The translations under genes were made by a program, and so were the position numbers. A model generated the notes under the pieces. The model was not told the DNA's origin, did not search any database, and saw nothing but the letters and a program-made list of their open reading frames with translations. Shown here one piece after another: positions 27,734-39,092 of a DNA stretch of 64,000 bases (its first letter is position 1; each line of letters opens with the position of its first letter). The stretch comes from Deltaproteobacteria bacterium (GTDB lineage Bacteria; Desulfobacterota; Binatia; HRBIN30): assembly GCA_016200585.1 (NCBI GenBank), contig JACQEN010000195.1, positions 3,939 through 67,938 on the forward strand, given 5' to 3'.

Positions 27734-30700
27734 GTGCCGCGATTGCACGCGAGAGTGTTTTTCGCCGTCAGCCTGATTGCGACGGCTGCGAGTGCCAGTT
27801 TCACGACGTTTGAAAGCGGGCAGGTTCGTCCGTTGGCGCTGTCGCCCGACGGGACCAAACTGTTTGCCGTCAACACACCCGACAATCGGCTCGAGATCTT
27901 TTCGATTGGCGGCGGCACGCTGGTTCACACGTCGTCGGTGCCGGTGGGTCTCGAACCTGTCGCCGTGGCGGCTCGCGGCAACTCCGAAGTCTGGGTCGTC
28001 AACCACCTCTCCGACAGCGTCAGTATCGTCGACGTCGCTGCCAATCCGCCGCAGGTGAAACGCACGTTGCTCGTCGGAGATGAGCCGCGCGATCTGGTGT
28101 TTGCCGGCAGCAGCGGAAACCGTGCCTTCATTACTTGTGCCCACCGTGGTCAAAACAATCCAACCGATCCGCAGCTGACGACGCCCGGCGTCGGCCGTGC
28201 CGACGTTTGGGTGTTCGACGCCAACAATCTCGGGACCTCGCTCGGTGGGACGCGCCTGACGGTGGTCACTCTGTTCGCCGATACGCCGCGCGCTTTGGCG
28301 GTTGCGCCGGGAGGCGGCACCGTTTACGCGGCCGCCTTCCATTCGGGCAACCGCACAACCGCAGTTAATGAACAGCTCGTCTGCGACGGCGGCGCCAGTG
28401 CCGGCTCCTGCGTGGTGAGCGGGACGACCTACCCAGGCGGCCTGCCGGCGCCCAATGCCAACATTCCCGAGGGCATCGCCGGTCCCGAAACCGGGTTGAT
28501 CGTAAAGTACAACGGTTCGCACTGGGTCGATACCCTGGGACGCAGCTGGGACAACGCGGTGCGCTTCAGCCTTCCCGACAAGGACGTGTTTGCGATCAAC
28601 GCCAACGCCAATCCCCCGGTTCAGCTGTCTGGCACCTCGGGGTTCTTTAGCGGCGTCGGTACGGTTCTCTTCAACATGGCCGTCAACCCGGTCAGCGGTA
28701 AGATCTATGTCAGCAACACCGACGCGAAAAACGAGGTGCGCTTCGAGGGACCGGGCGGCGGCGGCAGTACGGTTCGCGGCCATCTCGCCGAATCGCGCAT
28801 CACGGTGATCAATCCGAGCGCGCCAAGTGTTACCTCACGCCATCTCAACAAGCATATCAACTACAGCACGGTTCCGAGTCCCGCCGGCACCAGTGACGCG
28901 AGCCTGGCGACGCCGACGGGTGTCGCCGTCAGCGGCAACGGCCAGACGCTCTACGTTGCGGCGTTTGGATCGAGCAAGATCGGCGTCTTTGACACCGCGC
29001 AGCTGGAGAACAACACGTTCACACCGAGCCCAGCGAATCATATTTCGGTCAGCGGCGGCGGTCCGAACGGTCTGGTGCTCGATGAGGCACACCAGCGTTT
29101 GTACGCGCTGACGCGCTTCGACAACGGCGTTGCCGTCATCGACACGACTTCGACAGCCTGGCGTGGGATCTCGGCAACCCGGACGATACGGTGTTGAACA
29201 ATCCCAATCCGTTCCGCATTGGGCCGCTCGGCGACCCCAACTTCCATCCGCTGAAGGGTCCGATGACGACGCAGAGCTTGCGCGGCATGTCGACGCATGG
29301 CCCGATGCACTGGCGCGGCGATCGCACCGGCGGCAACGATCCCGGCGGGGATGCGCTCGACGAGGTGGCGGCTTTCAATAAATTCAACGTCGCGTTCGTC
29401 GGTCTGATCGGGCGCAGCGCTCAGCTGTCGACGTCGGAGATGCAGGCGTTCACGGATTTCATTCTGCAGGTGCAGTACCCGCCGAATCCGATTCGTGCGC
29501 TCGACAACAGCCTGACGGCGGACCAGAGCGCCGGCCGCACGCTGTACTTCAACTCCAAGCTCGACGGCGGCTTGGTGCCGTGCAACACCTGTCACGTGCT
29601 CGATCCGTTGCAAGGATCGTTCGGTGCCGACGGTTTCTCGAGCTTCGAAGGCGAGACGCAGCACTTCAAGATCGCCCATCTGCGGAACGTCTACCAGAAG
29701 GTCGGAATGTTCGGCATGCCGGCTTCGCCCGGCATCTCCGGCGGCGGCAGCAATTCCAACCTCGGGGATCAAATCCGCGGCTTTGGATTTCTGCATGATG
29801 GTTCGGTGGACACCGTGTTTCGGTTTCTCAGCGCTTCGGTATTTCAGTTCGCGAACACGACGCAGAAGCGCCAGGTCGAGAGCTTCGTCCTCGCTTTCGA
29901 CTCGAACCTGGCGCCGATCGTTGGGCAACAGATCACGCTCAACGATACCAATGCCGCCGTGGTCGGCCCGCGTATCGACCTGCTGCTGGCGCGTGCCACA
30001 GCGGGCGAGTGCGACGTGGTGGTGAAGGGTACGGCGAGCGGCCTGGCGCGCGGCTGGTATCGCACGGCTACGGGCGTCTTCCAAAGCGATCGCTTCAGCG
30101 AAGCGCCGCTCAGCGATGCCGGCTTGCGCGCGCTGGCGGCGACACCCGGGCAGCCTCTGACGTACACATGCGCTCCTCCCGGGTCGGCGCTGCGTATGGG
30201 GGTCGATCGTGACGAAGACGGTTTCTTCGATCGCGACGAGCTCGACTTCGGGAGCGACCCAAGCGATCCCAACAGCGCGCCACCCACCAGCCCGACGCCG
30301 ACTCGAACCGCGACGAGCACCCCCACCAATACCGCGACGGTAACCAATACCATGACGCCGTCCTGGACGTGGACGCCAACCGTAACGCCGCCGCCGACCG
30401 CGACAGAAACTTCTACCAGCACGTTGACGGCCACGGTGACGCCAACTTCCACCCTGACGCCGACCCCGAGCGCAACGCCGACGTCGACGCTCCCTCCTGG
30501 CGTGCCGACGTATACGCCGACGGAAACTCCGACGGTGACGCCAACCGAGACGGCGCTTGCGTCGCTGACGCCGACGCCAGCTCCTACCGTATTCTGCGTC
30601 GGTGGTGGTTCGATCGATCGGCCGAAGCTGCGCGTCACCCGTAACCTCGATCCGGCGGGTGACGAGAATCTGAGCATCAGTGGGCGGTGGGTGTTGACGT

Positions 30701-31128
30701 CGTTTCCAGTCAATCCCGCCATGAACGGATTCCGGTTTGCGGTCTACAGCCTCAACGGAGGCTTGCTCTTCGAACGCGTCATCCCCGGCGGAGTAGCGCC
30801 GGTAGCCGGGCAGCCGGGTTGGTTCGTTGGGCGTGGCGGTTCGACGGTGAAGTTCATCGACAAAGCGGGAACGACCGCTGGTGGCGTCACGCGTGTGGTC
30901 GTACGCACATCGACGCGGACCCCTGGCTTGTACTCGTTCTCCCTCAGCGGCAAGAACAGCGATTTTCAAGTTGCGGTGGCGGAAACGCCGGTGCAGGTCA
31001 CGATCGTGCTGGGTGGGCAGGAGCAGGCAAGTATCGGTCAATGTGCTGTCATATCTTTCCAGCCAAGCAGCGGTGTTCGGCCGCGCTGCATGATGTCGCC
31101 GACCGGAGGCAGCCTGACCTGCCGCTGA
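27734..31128 (+). pseudogene. Secreted beta-propeller + haem-c (CxxCH) peroxidase-like + PT linker + C-terminal domain protein, interrupted by a frameshift near 29145
   Basis: ORFs 27719..29197 and 29191..31128 are in different frames. The first has signal [21 protein letters not shown] (GTG 27734 after gagaggggg) and repeated blades ([61 protein letters not shown]). The second frame is open from 29086 and reads ..[39 protein letters not shown]. Confidence 0.6.
30277..30590 (+). repeat. Thr/Pro-rich linker (about 105 aa)
   Basis: [90 protein letters not shown].. Confidence 0.8.
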
Positions 31129-31236
31129 CCTCGACCGCCGTAGCCGCGCCGGTCGGGTGGTGCCGTTAGCCATTGACGAAATCCTTGTCGCGATGATCTA
31201 CCGGAGGGCCAAGCAAACCGGGAGAGGGGAGCGATC

Positions 31237-32334
31237 GTGAGTCTGGAGCAACCGCAAGCCGTTTTGTCGTATCTGGTATCGCCGGTTTTCGACGGAGTCG
31301 AACAGCTGCGCCTGCGGTTGGGGCGTGAGGTCGTGTCTTTGGTTTCGACCGACCCCGAGCCCGACATGCGAGCGTTCGCCGTGCCAGCGGGAGACCCGGG
31401 CTTGTTCGCACCCGACAGCCCAGCTTGGGAAGTGCACGCCGACGCGTCGATGTTCGTCGGCGGCATCCGAGCCTTGCTGCTCCAAGCCATGCATCCTTTG
31501 GCGATGGCCGGTGTAGCGGAACACTCCGACTACAAGCGACAACCTTTGCGCCGCTTGCAGCGCACCGCCGAGTTCATCCGCGATACGACCTATGGCAACC
31601 GGCGCCAGGTCAGAGAGGCGACTCGTCGAGTTCGGCAGATTCATAAGCACGTGAAGGGAATCGCGCCCGACGGGCGGCGCTACTCGGCGTCGGACCCGGA
31701 GCTGTTGCGTTGGGTGCACGCGGCCGAAGTCGACTCGTTCCTCACCGCCTACGAGCGCTACGGTGCAAAGCCGATCACGCGTGCGCGGGCCGATCGCTAT
31801 CTCGACGAAATGGCGGAGGTGGCGATCCTGCTTGGGGCCGACTGGGTGCCGCGCAGCCAGCGCGAATTGAAGAAGTACCTACGCGACGTGCGGCCTGATC
31901 TGGTGGCCGGCGAACAAGCACGCGAGACGGCGGAATGGTTGCTGCGAACTCCGGCTCATGCCCGCGGCTGGCTACCGCAGATGATTCTCAACGTCGCTGC
32001 CATTGGCTTGTTGCCGGCGTGGGTGCGGCGCGAGCTCGGCCTGGTTCCGGTGCCGTTCGTCGATCCGTTGCTCGTGGTCGACCCATTGATCGTACGCCCC
32101 ACTGCGACCGCTCTGGTGCGTACCTTGGGTTGGGCGTTGGCACCGAACATCGTACGCGAAGCAGCGCAGCAACGTTGGAAGCGCAAGACGAAGGTGCGAC
32201 GCACCAAGACGCCGCGTGCCAAGGCACCGCGTGCCAAGGCACCGCGTGCTGGAGCGAAGGTCGCGAATGCGTCGGGGGGCAGGGAGCGGCGTGCGAAGAT
32301 CGCGTCGACCTCGCCGGCGCTGAGCCTGGCGTAA
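31237..32334 (+). CDS. Oxygenase MpaB-family / DUF2236 protein
   Basis: FAPDSPAWEVHADASMFVGGIRALLLQAMHPLAMAGVAEHSDY..RLQRTAEFI..TYG..VRQIHKHVKG..YSASDPELLRWVH. The GTG start at 31237 follows gggagagggga. Confidence 0.75.
   Translation: MSLEQPQAVLSYLVSPVFDGVEQLRLRLGREVVSLVSTDPEPDMRAFAVPAGDPGLFAPDSPAWEVHADASMFVGGIRALLLQAMHPLAMAGVAEHSDYKRQPLRRLQRTAEFIRDTTYGNRRQVREATRRVRQIHKHVKGIAPDGRRYSASDPELLRWVHAAEVDSFLTAYERYGAKPITRARADRYLDEMAEVAILLGADWVPRSQRELKKYLRDVRPDLVAGEQARETAEWLLRTPAHARGWLPQMILNVAAIGLLPAWVRRELGLVPVPFVDPLLVVDPLIVRPTATALVRTLGWALAPNIVREAAQQRWKRKTKVRRTKTPRAKAPRAKAPRAGAKVANASGGRERRAKIASTSPALSLA
32212..32249 (+). repeat. 15-bp tandem repeat (ccgcgtgccaaggca, about 2.5 copies) encoding a PRAKAPRAKAPRA tail
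   Basis: Read directly: copies at 32212..32226 and 32227..32241, plus a partial copy at 32242..32249. Confidence 0.9.
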
Positions 32335-32374
32335 ACCGACGGCGACACACCGGCGACCGACGCGCGTCGCGGCT

Positions 32375-33727
32375 TCAGACCCGGTTGTCGGGCGGGTTTT
32401 CCGATTCGTGCCGGTGGCTGCCGGCGATGGCATAGAAGGCGGCGCAGCCGAGCACGGCAGCGAGGGTGGAGCCCGTCAGGATGCCGATCTTGGCGGCGTC
32501 GAGAGTTTCACGCGCGAGACCGAGATTGGCGACGAACAGCGACATGGTGAACCCGATGCCGCAGAGAATGCCGCCGGCGACGACTTGGGCCCACGACACC
32601 GTCCGCGGCAAGCGGGCAATGCCCAGACGAGTTGCCAACCAGCTCAACGTCACTACGCCCACCGGCTTACCGACGAGCAGGCTGACGGCAATGCCGACGG
32701 CTACGCGATCAACGACATCGGCGAAGCTCAAGTGGACGCCGGCGTTGGCAAGGGCGAACACCGGCATGATTACGAAGCTCACCCAGGGATGAAGCTCATT
32801 TTCGAGGTACTCGAGTGGCGACACGGCCTCGCGTGCCGTACGGCGAAGGTTGTTCAGTCGCTGCGCCTTATCGGCGGCTTCTGCCTCGCTTTGGCCCTTC
32901 AGCCAATCGGCGACCCGTTCCAAAAGCTGGGCGGCGGCGCCCTCGCTGACGTCCGCTCGGGTCGGCGTCATCAACCCCAGAATGACGCCGGCGATGGTTG
33001 CGTGGACGCCCGATTTCAGCACCGCCAGCCATACCAGAGCCCCCAAGGCCCAGTAGACGCGCAGATAACGAACGCCCAACCGCGACATCAAGACGATCAG
33101 CGCGATTACACCCGCACCCAGCGTCAGCGGTACGAGCGAAATACCTGAGCTGTAACCGACCGCGATGACGAGAATGGCGCCGATGTCGTCGGCAATCGCC
33201 AGTGTGAGCAGCATCACCCGCAACGGTGCCGGGACCCTGTGTCCGAGGACGGCGACGCAGCCGACGACGAAAGCGATGTCGGTGGCCATAGGGACTCCCC
33301 AGCCATGCGCCGCCGGCGTGTGGCCGAGCAACGAAATGTAGATGCCCGCGGGGACCACCATGCCGCCGATTGCGCCCATGATCGGTAGCATCGCGGCGCG
33401 TGGATCACGCAGATCGCCGAACACCAGCTCGCGTTTCACTTCCAGGCCGACGAGGAAGAAAAACAATGCCATGAGCCCGTCGTTGACCCAGAACTCGAGC
33501 GAATGCACGAAGGAGAAGGAGCCGATCCGTAAGCCGAGCTCGGTTTGCCAGAAGTGGTGGTAGGCGTCTGCGCAGGGCGAGTTGGCAATGGCGAGGGCAA
33601 CGATCGTGCAGGCGAGCAGTACGATGCCTCCCGCCGCTTCGACGTGTAGAAAGCGCTCGAGCGGCGCGATCAAGCGATCGATGGGTCTGGACGGTCGAGG
33701 GAAGACCGGATCGTGAAGCGGGCTCAT
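32375..33727 (-). CDS. nhaA: Na+/H+ antiporter NhaA
   Basis: The start MSPLHDPVF is at 33727; the ORF track extends to 33961, overlapping acyP. It is polytopic, with FLHVEAAGGIVLL, WVNDGLMALFFFLVGLEVKRE and TLAIADDIGAILVIA. Confidence 0.9.
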   Translation of the reverse strand: MSPLHDPVFPRPSRPIDRLIAPLERFLHVEAAGGIVLLACTIVALAIANSPCADAYHHFWQTELGLRIGSFSFVHSLEFWVNDGLMALFFFLVGLEVKRELVFGDLRDPRAAMLPIMGAIGGMVVPAGIYISLLGHTPAAHGWGVPMATDIAFVVGCVAVLGHRVPAPLRVMLLTLAIADDIGAILVIAVGYSSGISLVPLTLGAGVIALIVLMSRLGVRYLRVYWALGALVWLAVLKSGVHATIAGVILGLMTPTRADVSEGAAAQLLERVADWLKGQSEAEAADKAQRLNNLRRTAREAVSPLEYLENELHPWVSFVIMPVFALANAGVHLSFADVVDRVAVGIAVSLLVGKPVGVVTLSWLATRLGIARLPRTVSWAQVVAGGILCGIGFTMSLFVANLGLARETLDAAKIGILTGSTLAAVLGCAAFYAIAGSHRHESENPPDNRV

Positions 33728-33750
33728 AGTCTCGGATACGCGGTTGCGAT

Positions 33751-34029
33751 CTAGCGACGGATTTCGAAGCGGTCGAGATCGCCGGCAGCCTCGAGCCAGC
33801 GCTCGTCGATGGCGACGACCCGTGCGCCCGGCGGACCCGAGCGCGACCACTCCAGCAGGCGGTGCAGCTGATCCTCGCCGCCTTCGGCGAGCAACTCGAC
33901 GTCGCCAGAATCCGTGTTGCGTACCCAGCCGCGCAGACCCAGTCGACGCGCTTGCTCGCAAGCCGAGTAGCGGTAGCCGACACCTTGAACGCGGCCGCGG
34001 ATGCGCAGCTCGATGCGTTTTTGAGTCAT
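33751..34029 (-). CDS. acyP: Acylphosphatase
   Basis: 92 aa, with IRGRVQGVGYRYS and GWVRNTDSGDVELLAEG. Confidence 0.9.
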   Translation of the reverse strand: MTQKRIELRIRGRVQGVGYRYSACEQARRLGLRGWVRNTDSGDVELLAEGGEDQLHRLLEWSRSGPPGARVVAIDERWLEAAGDLDRFEIRR

Positions 34030-34041
34030 GGCCGCATCGTC

Positions 34042-36072
<2,031 letters not shown>

Positions 36073-36255
36073 TTATACAGCCCATGGCGGCTTCGGCAAT
36101 TGGCGCAAGGGCCTTGCGGCGGTTTCTTGTGGGTGGGGGGCGAGAGGCTCACGAGCTCAGGGCTCGGCAAAATGGAAATTGACATTCGCGCGGTTGTCAC
36201 GGAAGCTACCGCTCCACCGCTGGTGAACGGAACACGATACGTGCTGAGTCGGTTG

Positions 36256-38982
36256 ATGGTCAAAGAAGCGCTGCAGCTCCTGCTGGCTGTAGCGGTGGGG
36301 TTGGCCGGGGTACGCCTCGGTTACGCCCAGTCCATTTGTCTCGGGGACGTGGACGGCAACAATCGAATCAACGTTGCTGATGCCGTTGCTCTGGAGTCGA
36401 TTCTTTTTCTCGACCAAGCCGATCAGATTGCCAATCCACGGGCCGATGCCAACGCCGACGGATCCGCAACGGTTGCGGATCTGACCGCGATTGTGATGAT
36501 GAACGGAGAGCCTTGTTCGTTTCCATCGTCGACGCCGACGCGCTCCCGGACTGCGACGCGCACCCCCACGGCTACGCTCACCTCTACCGTCACGCGCACA
36601 GCCACGTTCACGATAAGCCCCACCGTCCCCCCCGGCAGCACGGCCACAGCGACGCCTACGCCGACACGGCCTACGGCAACCCCGTCCATCACGCCCACGC
36701 CGACGATTTCCGCGACCTTGACGGCGACGCTGACGCCGACGGCTGTTTGCGCCGTCCAGCAGGTCGGCTTGGGCACGTTCAACGGATCGCTCGATGCGAA
36801 CGATTGTAGCCGGTCATCCGGCGGCGAGGTTCGATTCACCGACGTCTACCAAATCGTTGCTGCGCCGGGGCAGGCGATCAAGGTGGACGTTCAGCCCACC
36901 GGCGATTCCGCCATCTTGCCCTTCGTCAGCGTGATCGACGGTAACGGCCAGTTCGACCACGTCAGCGGCTACCCACCCGCAGAGTTTGTCGTGAGTGGAT
37001 CATCGCCATATCAAATTTACGTAACGACTGCCCCTCTCTCGGCGCAGATGTTGGGGGCCTACCGGCTGACGATCAGCGCTCGTCCCTGCCCAACGCCGCG
37101 GGTCATCAACTCCGCCGTCAGTTTGGCAGCGACGCTGAGCGACAGTGACTGCCCCGAGCCGAGCACGGTGTCGACAAGCGGTGCTTCCGATCCGGCCGAT
37201 ATCTACACGTTCACCGTGACGCAGGTGCCGACGCAGATCGACATCGCGATGCGCCAACAGCTCGGAGACGACGAGATCGATCCGGCGTTCGCGGTCCTCG
37301 GGCCGGATGGCTACGAGGTGATCACTACCGACCAGCTCGACGACACCGTTGGCGGCCAGTTTGGAACCGACGCCGGCGGGCGCTTCATGGCGTTGCAGAC
37401 CGGGACGTACACGATCATCGCACAGGGCGGCATCGGTCACTACATTTTGCAGGTGCTGTTTCCCGCCTGCAATCCAAAGCGCAATCTGACCAACATACCT
37501 TCCGACCGTCCGTTGGTGTGTCCTGGCCAGCCGGGCCCCGGATGCACCGGAACCTTGTACGGCGATCGAGCCTTCGGCACGTGTGGGGCGCCCTTGGCCT
37601 TACCGAACTCGATGGATGAGGTGCCGGAACCCAGTGCCGGTGCCGACCTGTATACGTTTACGGGGCAGGCCGGTGACGTGGTAAGCGTCGAATTGACCGT
37701 CCCCGACGACGACGCCTATCTCTTCCTCATCGGACCGAGCCCGGGGAACGCGGTGATCGCCTTCGACAACGATAGCGGTCCGCTCGGTTTGGTCCCTGAC
37801 GCGCAATTGGCCGCCACCCTTCCGCTGAGCGGTACGTACACGATCATTGCGTCGAATACGTCGACGCTCATGCCGCCCGACCCCCAAGACCCAAGCGTCG
37901 TTGGCGACGTGTTGCCGTACACGATGTATGTGCAAAAGTGTCCGGTTGCGGGCATCCTCGACGCAGTTTCAGGTACGCCAACCAACAGCTCGTTTTCGGT
38001 TTCGAACTGCATTGGCTTTGGTGGGGTTCCGTTCCGTAGCTACGCGGTGGCGGGCTCGGCCGGCCAGTTCCTCACGCTGACGATGCATTCCGACGCTCCA
38101 GAGATCGATCCATTCGTACGCCTCATCGGACCGGACGGCAGCGTTTCCAACAACGACAACGACCTCTTCTCGCCCGACGGACGCGACGCACGCGTCAACC
38201 GCTTCTTGCCTGCCGACGGAACCTATTTCCTCGAAGTTTCGAGTGCGTTGGCGGGCGGTAGCGTCGACACTGTGGGAAGGCCGGCTTATACGGTGCGAGC
38301 ACAGCGCTGCGCCGTCTCGTCGGTGGTTCCGGGAACCATCACCAACACCGTCGTAAACGGGATACTGCAGGACGGCGACTGTGCCCTGGACGATGGCCGC
38401 AGACTCGATGCAATTGCGGTAGCCGCGCCGACGCCAATGCGGGTTGTCAGTATCAAGCCACCGGACAACACCTGCGTCGTGGGTCTGCTCAGCAACGGAG
38501 AGAACGTGCTTGGAGACCGCTGCACCGCAGATATCGTTGATCTCCCAATGACGGCGCCTGGGACCTATGGATTTGTGATTGCCAGCAGCAGCCCGACATT
38601 CCGTGGGGCATACGCAGCGAAGCTCAACACCTGCCCGATCACCCCTTTGACCTATGGCGCTGCGCTTGACGCCTCGCTGTCCAGTTCGTCCTGTGTCGGT
38701 GTCGATGGCGTTGCCGCAGACTGGTATTTCGTTCGCGGCCCTTCGGGTTTGATACAGTTCAACGAAGGCATCAGCGGAATCGTCAGAAGTACCTTTCCCT
38801 TTGCAGGAACCTTGGTTGATCACTTCGGCCGCACGTCGCTTCACGACATCTTCTACGACGATCCAGGTAGCTTGTTCGACGACGGCACGAACCTCGGCGT
38901 TCTCGTCAAGGTGGCGAGTGATTCGCCGAACGCAACGGGCGCTTACTCCATTGCGGTCGATCAGGCTGTCTTCCGGCAGTAG
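36256..38982 (+). CDS. Secreted protein: dockerin-like module, PT linker, six tandem Cys-delimited PPC-like modules
   Basis: The start MVKEALQLLLAVAVGLAGVRLGYAQS is at 36256; the ORF-track start 35905 overlaps ligA. Modules carry the PPC-like pattern, e.g. TDVYQIVAAPGQAIKVDVQP..VSVIDGNGQ..GAYRLTISARPC; ADIYTFTVTQVPTQIDIAM..AVLGPDGYEV..GTYTIIAQ; ADLYTFTGQAGDVVSVEL..GTYTIIAS; FRSYAVAGSAGQFLTLTM..RLIGPDGSV..GTYFLEVS. Confidence 0.75.
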   Translation: MVKEALQLLLAVAVGLAGVRLGYAQSICLGDVDGNNRINVADAVALESILFLDQADQIANPRADANADGSATVADLTAIVMMNGEPCSFPSSTPTRSRTATRTPTATLTSTVTRTATFTISPTVPPGSTATATPTPTRPTATPSITPTPTISATLTATLTPTAVCAVQQVGLGTFNGSLDANDCSRSSGGEVRFTDVYQIVAAPGQAIKVDVQPTGDSAILPFVSVIDGNGQFDHVSGYPPAEFVVSGSSPYQIYVTTAPLSAQMLGAYRLTISARPCPTPRVINSAVSLAATLSDSDCPEPSTVSTSGASDPADIYTFTVTQVPTQIDIAMRQQLGDDEIDPAFAVLGPDGYEVITTDQLDDTVGGQFGTDAGGRFMALQTGTYTIIAQGGIGHYILQVLFPACNPKRNLTNIPSDRPLVCPGQPGPGCTGTLYGDRAFGTCGAPLALPNSMDEVPEPSAGADLYTFTGQAGDVVSVELTVPDDDAYLFLIGPSPGNAVIAFDNDSGPLGLVPDAQLAATLPLSGTYTIIASNTSTLMPPDPQDPSVVGDVLPYTMYVQKCPVAGILDAVSGTPTNSSFSVSNCIGFGGVPFRSYAVAGSAGQFLTLTMHSDAPEIDPFVRLIGPDGSVSNNDNDLFSPDGRDARVNRFLPADGTYFLEVSSALAGGSVDTVGRPAYTVRAQRCAVSSVVPGTITNTVVNGILQDGDCALDDGRRLDAIAVAAPTPMRVVSIKPPDNTCVVGLLSNGENVLGDRCTADIVDLPMTAPGTYGFVIASSSPTFRGAYAAKLNTCPITPLTYGAALDASLSSSSCVGVDGVAADWYFVRGPSGLIQFNEGISGIVRSTFPFAGTLVDHFGRTSLHDIFYDDPGSLFDDGTNLGVLVKVASDSPNATGAYSIAVDQAVFRQ
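36337..36516 (+). other. Dockerin-like double Ca-binding-loop module (PPC protein)
   Basis: CLGDVDGNNRINVADAVALESILFLDQADQIANPRADANADGSATVADLTAIVMMNGEPC. Confidence 0.55.
36526..36745 (+). repeat. Thr/Pro-rich linker (about 73 aa)
   Basis: STPTRSRTATRTPTATLTSTVTRTATFTISPTVPPGSTATATPTPTRPTATPSITPTPTISATLTATLTPT. Confidence 0.8.
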
Positions 38983-39092
38983 ATCACCCCGAGTCGACCG
39001 CGACCTGCGTCGCCGTTCGCCGTCGGTATTTGGCTTGACGCAGCGTTTCACCGTGGTGTATTGCGACCCTTGTCTTGGGCTGACAGGAGGGT

